Part shown: piece by piece, positions 45,501-53,630 of the stretch
Position numbering within the stretch: the first letter of the stretch is position 1
How the letters are laid out: the number at the start of each line of letters is the position of its first letter
From: an uncultured delta proteobacterium
Lineage (GTDB): Bacteria; Myxococcota; Kuafuiibacteriia; Kuafuiibacteriales; Kuafuiibacteriaceae
Direction: 5' to 3'
Length of the DNA: 64,000 bases
NCBI GenBank assembly: GCA_963803435.1
Contig: CAWDML010000009.1
Coordinates: 864,001-928,000 of the forward strand
The notes under the pieces: generated by a model
Databases searched by the model: none
The model's input: the letters and a program-made list of their open reading frames with translations, nothing else
What the model was told of the DNA's origin: nothing
Made by a program: the position numbers and the translations under genes

Positions 45501-48500
45501 CGGGCAACATGCTGGCGCGCCCGGGCCTGCTGCTCAATCCCTGGTCGGTGCAGAAGACCGACACCGGCGTGCTGATGGCGGCGGGCGGCGGCGCCTACGG
45601 TGCGTCCGCCGATCGCAGGACCCGCGACGAGCCGGCGAAGCGGCCGCCCCGACCCCAGCCGAGCTCCGGGCCGGGCGGCTTCTCGAGCCTCGACTTCCTC
45701 GATCGCGCGGCGGTGGTCGAGGTCAACCTGCGGCCCGACGCGTCCGGCGTGATCAAGGTGGATCGCGCGCTCGTGACGGGGACGTCGCTGCTTCGGATCG
45801 TCGCCGTCGATGAGGGCATGACCATCGAGGCCGAGCTCCCGCTCCCCGAGGCGCCCCATACGTCACGCGATCTCCGTCTCCTCACGCCGCTCGATCCAAA
45901 GCGGCGCTTCACTCAGAAGAAGGAGCGCACCACCCTGGTCGAGGGCGGGCGAATCGTCATCGAGGACCTCACGACGGCCGAGATCGAGCCGATCGACACG
46001 CTCGCCAAGGCGTACGGTGTGCTGGCGGCGCTGACGTCCGACGCCGCGCTCGTCGAGTTCTCGTTCGTCCTCGAGTGGCACGCGCTCGACGAGATCGCCC
46101 GGCGGAAGCGCTACAGCGATTACGCCTGTCACGAGCTCAACCTGTTCCTCGAGAGGAAGGATCCCGCCTTCTTTCACGCGGTCGTGAAGCCGTACCTCGC
46201 GAACAAGAAGGACAAGACCTTCCTCGATCACTATCTGCTCGGAGAGTCGCTCGACCGCTACCTGGAGCCGTGGGCGTACGGCCGGCTCAACACACTCGAG
46301 CGGATCCTGCTGGGCCGGCGGATCGACGGCGAGAGCGGCCCCACCCGCCGGCACGTCCTGGACCGGTTCGAGCTGCTGGAGAAGAACGTCGAGGAGGACG
46401 ACCGCCTGTTCCGCAGCATGCTCTCGAAGAGCGCCCTCGACACTTCCGACGCCCTCGGCGTCGCGCAGGCGAAGGCCATGATGGTGTCGGAGGGATTCGC
46501 GCCCATGTCGGCGGCCGCGCCGGCGCCGAAGATGCGGGCGGCCAAGAAGGCGAAGGCTCCGCAAGAGCTGAGCGACGACTTCGAGATGGAGAAGGCCGCC
46601 CTCGACGAGGGCGGCGACGACTTCGATCTCGACCTCGAGATGTCCAAGGAGGAGCGACGGAGCGACGAGGGCCGACGGCGTGAGCAGCGGCCGCACTTCC
46701 GCCAGCTCAGCAAGACCGAGGAGTGGGCCGAGAACAACTACTGGCACCGCCGCATTCAGGAGCAGGACGGCGGCCTGATCCCGGTCAACGGTTTCTGGAA
46801 GGACTTCGCGGAGCACGACGGCAAGGGCCCGTTCCTCTCCGCCCACTTCGCCGAGGCGACCTCGTGCTTCGCCGAGATGATGTGTGCGCTCGCCGTCCTC
46901 GATCTGCCCTTCGCAGCCGCGGACCACGAGGTCGCGTATCAGGGTGCGCGCATGGAGATGACCGCGCGCTCGAGCGCGCTCGTGCTCTCCCGAGAGATCA
47001 AGCCCGCACCGGTGGCCGAGAAGACGTCGCCGATCCTGGTCAGCCAGAACTACTTCAGGAAGGACGACCGCTACGAGTACGCCGACGGCGAGCGGAGAGA
47101 CCGGTACGTCATCGGTGAGCTGCTGATCGGCGTGCCCTACATCTGCCAGGTCGTGCTCACCAACCCGACCTCATCCCAGGCCAAGCTCGACGTGCTGCTC
47201 CAGATCCCCGAGGGCGCGATGCCGCTCGACGGCGGGTTCTTCACCAGGGGACGTCCGCTGCTCCTGGCTCCGTTCTCCACGCAGTCGATCGAGTACGCGT
47301 TCTACTTCCCGAGGCCCGGGTCGTTCGTCCACTACCCGGTTCAGGTGGCGAAGAACGAGGAGGTGGTGGCGTCGGCGCCCGTGTGCGCGCCGCTCTCGGT
47401 CGTGCTGGAGCCGACCGAGATCGACACGCGTTCGTGGTCTTGGGTCTCGCAGCACGGGTCCACAGAGGAAGTGCTGCGCTTCCTCGAGGACCAGAACGTC
47501 GAGCGGATAGACCTCTCGCGGATCGCGTGGCGCATGCGCGACCGGCTGGTCTTCGAGAAGGTCACGAAGCTGCTGTCGCGGCGCCATCGCTACGAGGACG
47601 TGCTGTGGAGCTACGCCCACTCGCACCGGCTGCCGGAGCAGATCGGGGAGCACCTCCGCCACCAGGACGACTTTCTCCGCTCGTGCGGGCCGGCGTTCGA
47701 GTCGCCGCTGGTCGTCGTCGATCCGGTGGCACGGGCCTGGTACGAGCATCTCGAGTACCTGCCGCTGGTGAACGCCCGCGCGCATCGCCTGGGCGGGCGG
47801 ATCAAGATCCTCAACCCGGCGTTCGAGCGGCAGTATCGGGCGCTGCTCGATCTCCTCTGCCATCGGCGGGCGCAGGCCGCCGATCTGCTGGCGGCCGCGT
47901 ACTATCTGTTCCTCCAGGATCGGGTCGAAGAGGCGCTCGAGTGCTTCGAGCGGGTGGACGCGACCCGCGTGCCCACGGCGATGCAGCACGACTACCTGAC
48001 CGCCTATGCCTCGCTCTACCAGGGCGATGCGGCGAGGGCCCGGTCGATCGGATCGGCGTACCTGAGCCATCCCGTCGATCGCTGGCGACGGCTCTTCGAA
48101 GGCATCCTGGCGGTGCTCGACGAGGCGGAGGACGAGACCGCGCGCGTGGTCGACGCCGAGGATCGCGGCCAGGAGCAGGCCAGGTTGGCGGCGACGGAGC
48201 CGAGCTTCGAGCTCTCGGTGCAGGGCCCGACGATCACGATCGGTTACCGAAACCTCGACGAGTGCCTGATCAACTACTACGGGATGGACATCGAGCTGCT
48301 GTTCTCGCGGCAGCCGTTCGTTCAGCAGGACTCGAGCCGCTTCTCGATGATCCGCCCGGGGCGGGTCGATCGGATCGCGCTCCCGGCCGGGGGCCGTGAG
48401 GTGACCGTGCCGTTGCCCGCCGAGCTGGCCAAGAAGAACGTCGTCATCGAGGTGGTCGCGGGCGCGCAGAAGCGGGCCACGGCCAACTACGCCCACGAGC

Positions 48501-48772
48501 TCGCGGTGCAGCTCGCCGAGCAATACGGTCATCTCTATGTCCGCCGCCGCGGGACGCACGCGGCGCTCCCCGAGTCCTACGTCAAGGTGTACGCGAAGAC
48601 GCACGACGGACGCGTCAAGTTCTACAAGGACGGGTACACCGACGTGCGCGGGTGCTTCGACTACGCGTCACTCAGCACGGACGAGCTGGACGGCGTGGAG
48701 CGGTTCGCGATCCTGGTGATCACGGCCGAGGCCGGCGCCGTGATCCGCGAAGCGATACCGCCGCAGCGCTGA
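42578..48772 (+). CDS. Giant conserved hypothetical protein (2064 aa) with helical and beta-sandwich (macroglobulin-like) regions
   Basis: Uninterrupted ORF with strong host codon bias; LIPGTEDYY, EWAENNYW, YKDGYTDVRGCFDYASL. Confidence 0.8.
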   Translation: MTKMESTQPLEQLEALAFGEEEERERALASLIPGTEDYYFHHCLQRQLAGRLAEVPALLEQWIRRHGRTERAEGIERRQALLTYERDPKAALEHLRQWLGLRFDHQREVEVEQERHPNALDQAAISRAALMARARSRTSSNLSPFEDSALAWLGDELTTSQRQHFLDRIARPDHPRLVAWVVEDLDNPKTGSFGSRRIHALLLKEQLDELLRQRPALLEQPAFVFARLAKLAPTADADADHDPAERADWLERLWDFVKGLEASFNALKVTVLHHRLAFERSRGIYNRARFLAYLRLPRSVQYAPADFLKRHTSEVVALGTDFSAQLGLPPVFDDEPLVRAFVERFVLADPSIEDFASYVRKDVLIRWRAFALIGAGLGDQERWYAELDDPAGYQSYQERVDIELLPENPVWFGADDPVRLAVAVKNVRDLVVKVFEINTRNYFLQHGREVDASIDLDGLEPGEERTLTLDESPLRIVRHEIDLPALAGPGVFVVELIGNGKSSRALIRKGTLRVVERLGAAGHVFNVLDERNQLLPGASIWLGGKEHRADAGGEIGIPYSTRPETRRMLLSSGKITTMETFHHRAERYGLVAGFYVDREQLLQDGTAELVVRAALHLGDVEVSLDLLEEVRLTIGSVDGEGTKSSLDVPAFRLQSDREAVHRFQVPKNLRALDFTLRAKVQSISEQRKVDLEAHHHVDLNQIDAGDRTHDLHLARTDTGHVLYLYGKTGEPLANKAIAVSLKHEDFVETVDVVLQTGADGRIVLGPLDGVASLTAQSPGGVAESFSLSAGFVSRPAAVHACLEETIRLPFAGGGFSLLETRARSFQRRCTDAVRVEHGQLVIAGLEPGDYDLFLAERQESIAIRVTRGRRQRGWAVSDKRQLEARPRARLAIDRVSAADDAVEIRLAAFSESTRVHLFATRFLPAYSAFEALGRVRDPAPRVVEIARGLSSYVSGRDIGDEYRYILERKHRRKFPGNMLARPGLLLNPWSVQKTDTGVLMAAGGGAYGASADRRTRDEPAKRPPRPQPSSGPGGFSSLDFLDRAAVVEVNLRPDASGVIKVDRALVTGTSLLRIVAVDEGMTIEAELPLPEAPHTSRDLRLLTPLDPKRRFTQKKERTTLVEGGRIVIEDLTTAEIEPIDTLAKAYGVLAALTSDAALVEFSFVLEWHALDEIARRKRYSDYACHELNLFLERKDPAFFHAVVKPYLANKKDKTFLDHYLLGESLDRYLEPWAYGRLNTLERILLGRRIDGESGPTRRHVLDRFELLEKNVEEDDRLFRSMLSKSALDTSDALGVAQAKAMMVSEGFAPMSAAAPAPKMRAAKKAKAPQELSDDFEMEKAALDEGGDDFDLDLEMSKEERRSDEGRRREQRPHFRQLSKTEEWAENNYWHRRIQEQDGGLIPVNGFWKDFAEHDGKGPFLSAHFAEATSCFAEMMCALAVLDLPFAAADHEVAYQGARMEMTARSSALVLSREIKPAPVAEKTSPILVSQNYFRKDDRYEYADGERRDRYVIGELLIGVPYICQVVLTNPTSSQAKLDVLLQIPEGAMPLDGGFFTRGRPLLLAPFSTQSIEYAFYFPRPGSFVHYPVQVAKNEEVVASAPVCAPLSVVLEPTEIDTRSWSWVSQHGSTEEVLRFLEDQNVERIDLSRIAWRMRDRLVFEKVTKLLSRRHRYEDVLWSYAHSHRLPEQIGEHLRHQDDFLRSCGPAFESPLVVVDPVARAWYEHLEYLPLVNARAHRLGGRIKILNPAFERQYRALLDLLCHRRAQAADLLAAAYYLFLQDRVEEALECFERVDATRVPTAMQHDYLTAYASLYQGDAARARSIGSAYLSHPVDRWRRLFEGILAVLDEAEDETARVVDAEDRGQEQARLAATEPSFELSVQGPTITIGYRNLDECLINYYGMDIELLFSRQPFVQQDSSRFSMIRPGRVDRIALPAGGREVTVPLPAELAKKNVVIEVVAGAQKRATANYAHELAVQLAEQYGHLYVRRRGTHAALPESYVKVYAKTHDGRVKFYKDGYTDVRGCFDYASLSTDELDGVERFAILVITAEAGAVIREAIPPQR

Positions 48773-49930
48773 GCAACAGGAGCGGGATCGAGGGGGGACT
48801 CCGCGCGCTCCCGGGCGCTCGGCTTCGGTGCAGCTGCAGCCGTCGCGGCGGCGTCCGCCGCCACCGATCACGCCGGCGTCGCGCTCGACTGGGGTTCCGG
48901 AGTCCGCCGCGATCTCTCCCGAGTCGAAGGGCTGGGCGTCGGCGACGGCGGCGTCCTTCTCGACCACGCCCGAGTCGGGCTCGATCCCGGTGTCCAGGAA
49001 GCCGGCGTCCAGAGGCGGGGGCACCGGATCGCCGGCGACCGGGAGGCCGCCGCCGTTGGCGCAGACCCCCGGCGGGCGCAGACCCTGGGTGCAGCGATCG
49101 CGCATCATTTGATCGAACCAGGTGCGGAACGCGTCCGCGCGCATGTCGATGCCACCCTTGTTGCAGTCCGAGTCGTCGTAGGCGCGGCTGGTGATGCCGA
49201 TGACGCGCCGGAGGGGGGGCCGTCCGTCGTCGATGTCGACGAACGTGGGACCGCCCGAGTCACCGTGGCACTTCTGGGGGTCGCCCGGCGGAACGTCGCC
49301 GATCTGCATCTCGTACTGGTTGATCTCGTTGATGAAGGTGACCGCCTGGTTCTTGACGCCCGCAGCCATGGAGGTCGCGGAGGTCTGCCCGTAGCCGACG
49401 ATCACCACGTCGGTCCCCACGCCCAGCGTGGCGCCGTCCTGCGCGTCTGCGACGACGCCCGGCACCGGGGAGGCGAACGGTGCCTTGAGGAAGCCCAGCC
49501 CGACGTCGTTGTAATTGTTGAGGCCGGGGGCAGGCTCGGTGTTGAAGTCGAAGAGGGGATGCGGGATCAGCGTGTCGAACTCGATCGCGTCGGGGGGAAG
49601 ATCGAGCGACTGCATGCCGAACATCGAGACGTCGAGCTGGAAGCTGAAGTAGTTCTTGAACGGGACCGCGCCGTTCAGGAAGTCGATGGTGCAGTGGCCG
49701 GCCATCATCACCACGTCGGGCGCGACCAGCGTGCCGGTGCAGACGAAGGATCCGAACGTCTGGCCGCCGCCGAAGTCGTAAACGGTCAAGAGCACGCCGG
49801 TCTCGGGATACTCGCCCGGGAGCGACGGCTGCCCGCCGATGATGGGGTCCGTCGATCGGCCGTCGTGCAGCGCCTGGCGGCTGCACGCGACCGCGAGGAT
49901 GAGGGCTCCGGTGAGAGCGACCCGGCGCAT
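48720..49930 (-). CDS. S1 trypsin-like serine protease, lipoprotein signal, MYXO-CTERM-like tail (apparent indel near 48815)
   Basis: IIGG, CTGTLVAPDVVMMAGHC, DVGL, CHGDSGGP; GCSC followed in another frame by IPLLLLSAAAVSLRGSRRRPRP*. Confidence 0.85.
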
Positions 49931-50085
49931 GCGGGATCTTACCGGCGCGGCCCGCTTCCTGGGCCATCGGATGGTCGACGGTCGGTCGCCGGACTCGACT
50001 CACCACCGATGGTGTCTCGACCGCCGGAAGGGAGGGTCATCGTCTTTTGTGGCGGTTGGCACGTGATGTGCGTTATGTGGGGTGC

Positions 50086-51147
50086 ATGATGCGGAGGATC
50101 TCCACGGAATGGGCATGGCTCGCGGTGCTGTGCCTCGCTGGCTGCAAAGAGCCCGCTTTTGGAACGCTGGGCGCGAAGTGTCCCGATGATCGCAACTGCA
50201 TCTCGCCCCTTCGCTGCGTCGCTGGGACCTGCCAGATGGGGATGGAAGAGCCGGACACCGGCACGCCCGACACCGGCGAAATCGCGAACCCGGACACGGG
50301 CCTCGTCGACCAGCCCGACACCGGCGTCGAGGAGACCCCCGACGCCGGCACGCCCGGCTACGCGGACGGCTTCAACTCGGGGCCGCTCGCCGTGACGGCG
50401 GACGGGATGACGCTCGGCTATGCGGCGCTGACCGGACGGGCCGGCCTCATCCACGAGAAGACCGGCTACACGAACGTGCTGGTGTTCGTGAGCGGGCTGA
50501 TGCCGAACGCCGAGTACGGCGCGCACGTGCACGCGATGGCCTGCGAAGAGGACGGCGGAGGGCCGCACTACAAGATCGATCCCGCGGTGATGGAGGTGAT
50601 GGAGGCGAACGAGATCTGGCCGACCGTGCACACCGACGCGCAGGGAAACGGCGTCGGCTACGTCCGGGTCCATCACTACGCCCGCGAGGACGCGAAGTCC
50701 GTGGTCGTCCACCAGACGGGCGCCGTGGAGCGGATCGCCTGCGCGAATCTCTCGCCGAACGCCGACGTGACGGCACGCGGTACCCTCTACGAGCTCCCCG
50801 CGGGTCGGGGGCTGCGGATCACCGGCACCGCGACGCTGCGCCGCTACTCCGGCGGCACCATCGCCACCGTCCAGATGAACGGGACGTTCACCTCCACCGT
50901 GACGTTCCCCGCCCACGTGCACGCCCAGCGGTGTGACGACGAGGAGGGAGGACCGCACTACAAGATCGACCCGTCGATCATGGACGCGGATCCGATGAAC
51001 GAGATCTGGCCGAACGCCACGCCCAACGCGACGACGGCGAACGGCAGCGCGACGACGCCGCACATCGCGCGCTACGATGCCTGGTCGATCGTGGTGCACG
51101 ACCCGGTCAGCAAGGCCCGGATCCTCTGCGCCGATCTGAAGTGGTGA
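50086..51147 (+). CDS. Lipoprotein with two tandem Cu-SOD-like domains
   Basis: Lipobox LAGC; two copies of AHVHA..C...GGPHYKIDP...NEIWP...S[VI]VVH...RI.CA.L. Confidence 0.8.
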   Translation: MMRRISTEWAWLAVLCLAGCKEPAFGTLGAKCPDDRNCISPLRCVAGTCQMGMEEPDTGTPDTGEIANPDTGLVDQPDTGVEETPDAGTPGYADGFNSGPLAVTADGMTLGYAALTGRAGLIHEKTGYTNVLVFVSGLMPNAEYGAHVHAMACEEDGGGPHYKIDPAVMEVMEANEIWPTVHTDAQGNGVGYVRVHHYAREDAKSVVVHQTGAVERIACANLSPNADVTARGTLYELPAGRGLRITGTATLRRYSGGTIATVQMNGTFTSTVTFPAHVHAQRCDDEEGGPHYKIDPSIMDADPMNEIWPNATPNATTANGSATTPHIARYDAWSIVVHDPVSKARILCADLKW

Positions 51148-51151
51148 GCGG

Positions 51152-52105
51152 TCAGCGGCCCAGGCGCGCCAGCTCCCCGAAGAGCCAGCGATCGAGCGCG
51201 CGATCGAGGCGGCTCTCCGCCCGATCGCTGCAGCGGGCGAGCGCGCGGCGGTACACCGGCAGCTTCAAGAGCGGCGTCGGGATCGATCGGCGGAGCGCGC
51301 GAAGACCGCGAACGCTGGCGGCGAAGGCCGCGTCTTCCCCGCGGCCCCAGGCGAAGCCGTAGCCCTCGCGGATCCGAGGGGGGAGGGCGCCGGCCGTGAA
51401 TAGCCGATACCAACGCCACAGCGGCGCGAGCGCGGGCGACGGCGCTCGCACCAGGACGTCCTTGAGGTCGCGGGCGGTCCGGCTGACCGTGAGCACGTCG
51501 GAGCGCCACATCCGCTCGTTGTAGGCGACGAAGTCCAGCCAGGTGCTCGGCACCAGCGCGCTGGGAATGCCGAAGAGGCTGCAGAATCGCGGGTACTCGG
51601 CGATCCAGCGCCCCTTCTCCACGTCGGTCAGCGGTCGGACCAGTCGCTCGAACACCCAGGCCGAGGAGTCGAAGAGGGTGGAGGCGACCCAGAGCTGGGC
51701 TGCGGGCTCGTTGGCGAAGAAGGGCGTGCCGGCGGGGAAGCAGGGACCGGCGTCGTCGTCGCGGATCACGCCCCGCACGCGCTGGTGCAGGCGGTGGACG
51801 GCGCGGGCCATCGCGAGGGCCGTCTCGAGATCGCCGAACACCATCGCGAACACGTAGTAGAAGGTCTTCCGGAAGCGGGCGAGGCGATCCAGGCGGGTGA
51901 TCGAGAGCTCGTCGACGGCCTGCGCCACCGCCGGGTGGGCGAGCTGCAGCAAGGCAGCCCGACCCGCGCCGGCAAAGACGATCGCTTCACCGTTACGGCG
52001 CCAGACCTCGGAGCGAGGGCCGAAGAGGCCCGCACGCGGGTCCGAGACTTCGCGCGTCAGCCCCTCGAGCGAGGCCTCCAGCTCGGCGGTCGTGACCTCG
52101 TGCAT
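51152..52105 (-). CDS. DUF2236 / MpaB-type oxygenase family protein
   Basis: GLFGPRSEVW, RAALLQLAHPAVAQAV, HQRVRG, LWVASTL. Confidence 0.85.
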   Translation of the reverse strand: MHEVTTAELEASLEGLTREVSDPRAGLFGPRSEVWRRNGEAIVFAGAGRAALLQLAHPAVAQAVDELSITRLDRLARFRKTFYYVFAMVFGDLETALAMARAVHRLHQRVRGVIRDDDAGPCFPAGTPFFANEPAAQLWVASTLFDSSAWVFERLVRPLTDVEKGRWIAEYPRFCSLFGIPSALVPSTWLDFVAYNERMWRSDVLTVSRTARDLKDVLVRAPSPALAPLWRWYRLFTAGALPPRIREGYGFAWGRGEDAAFAASVRGLRALRRSIPTPLLKLPVYRRALARCSDRAESRLDRALDRWLFGELARLGR

Positions 52106-52251
52106 CCCGGGGAGGATAGCCCGGCCGTCGTCGGTTTTCGCACGGTTCGCGGGATCGCCGCTTGCAGAGCTGGGCGGCCGTGATCGCCAAGGGAGAGAGG
52201 GCTTCGCCCGCGACCGAAGCGCGCCCGCGCGCGGAGTGGGGTGGGAGGGCT

Positions 52252-53133
52252 TTGCCCGAAAGGGACCCGCCGGCGCTCCGCTTCGAACGGCAGCTCCCGA
52301 GCGCTCGGCTGCGGCGCTGGCGACTCGAGACCCCTGGCCCGCGCTATCCCGAGTGCGCGCACGACGCCGTCGAGCTCAGTTGGATCGAGCGCGGGCGTGT
52401 CCGCTACCGGGTCGGGGCCCGGACGCTCGACGTCCTGGAGGGCCAGGCGATGATCGTCCCCGCGGGCGTCGGGCACACGACCGAGATCGCACCGGCGACG
52501 TCGGCCGGATCGATGTGGCTCTCGGTGTCCCTCCTCGAGGAGATCGCAGAGGCGACCCGGGCCAGGCCGCCCGGTCTGGGTCCGCTGGACAGCCCCGAGG
52601 TCATCATCCGCAGTCGGGCGCTGCTCGCCGGCGCCGAGGCGGGTCTCGACAGTCAGCTCGCCGACTGCGCGATCGAGGGCCTGATGCTCCGGCTCCTGGG
52701 CGCCGCCCGCGCTCAGAGCGCCGTCGATCCGCGCATCGGCCGCGCGGTCCATGAGATCGAGGCGCGCTACGCCGAGCCGATCGAGGTGGCGGATCTGGCC
52801 CGCACCGCCCGAATGAGCCGCTTCCACTTCAGCCGAGTGTTCCGCGAAGCGACCGGCGCCAGCCCCTACCAGTTCCTGATCCATACTCGGGTCGAGCGCG
52901 CTGCCCGGCTCCTCGCCGAGGGCACCTGCAACGTGACGGAGGCGGCCCTGGCCGTCGGGTTCACCGATCTCGGACGGTTCGGCCGCGCGTTCAAGGCACA
53001 GCTCGGCCGGACCCCGTCCGCGTATCTGTTCGAGCACAAATCACCGAAAGGTCGGCACGATGCGCCTGGCGGAGCCCGGCTCGGGCGTCGTCTGATTCCG
53101 TCGTGCGAAGACTCCTCATCCCTCTCGCGCTGA
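52252..53133 (+). CDS. AraC family transcriptional regulator
   Basis: Cupin (HDAVEL...GVGH) plus MSRFHFSRVFR...VGFTDLGRFGRAFK; TTG start after GGGAGGG is inferred. Confidence 0.9.
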   Translation: MPERDPPALRFERQLPSARLRRWRLETPGPRYPECAHDAVELSWIERGRVRYRVGARTLDVLEGQAMIVPAGVGHTTEIAPATSAGSMWLSVSLLEEIAEATRARPPGLGPLDSPEVIIRSRALLAGAEAGLDSQLADCAIEGLMLRLLGAARAQSAVDPRIGRAVHEIEARYAEPIEVADLARTARMSRFHFSRVFREATGASPYQFLIHTRVERAARLLAEGTCNVTEAALAVGFTDLGRFGRAFKAQLGRTPSAYLFEHKSPKGRHDAPGGARLGRRLIPSCEDSSSLSR

Positions 53134-53630
53134 CCGCCGCCTGCGGTCAGCCCGATCCCGACCCGCCGCCGGTGGTCGAGCCGCCGCCCGACGCGCCGGG
53201 CTTCCTCGCCGAGACGGGCGGCGCCCCCGCGCTCCGGTTGGAGGGTGCGTTCGAGGACGGAGCGCTGGCGGTCGACGTTCTCGCCGACGGGCTCGGCCCC
53301 GTCTTCGGGATCGCGGGGCGGCTGGTCTTCGATCCGTCGCATCTCGCGGTCGCCTCCGCCGAGCCCGCGGCCGCTCCGCTCGGCGAGGCGGCGTCGCTCT
53401 TCCGCGTGGACGCCGGCGCGGTCGTGTTCGGCTTCGCGCGGATGGGGCCGGACGCAGGCGAGGAGACGCTCGACGGCACGGTGCGGCTGGCCACCGTCCG
53501 CTTCTCGCAGAGCAGTGGCGGAGACTCCCGGCTCTCGCTGGCCCGGGCCGAGGTCCGGCGCGCCGACGGCGCGTTCGTCTCCGCTCAGTTCCTCGGTGCC
53601 GAGGTGCATACTTTGGGAGGTCCGCCGTGA
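53103..53630 (+). CDS. Lipoprotein with cohesin-like domain
   Basis: Lipobox TAAC, Pro linker, FGIAGRLVFDPSHL.V and LATVRF resemble the cohesin consensus. Confidence 0.6.
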   Translation: MRRLLIPLALTAACGQPDPDPPPVVEPPPDAPGFLAETGGAPALRLEGAFEDGALAVDVLADGLGPVFGIAGRLVFDPSHLAVASAEPAAAPLGEAASLFRVDAGAVVFGFARMGPDAGEETLDGTVRLATVRFSQSSGGDSRLSLARAEVRRADGAFVSAQFLGAEVHTLGGPP

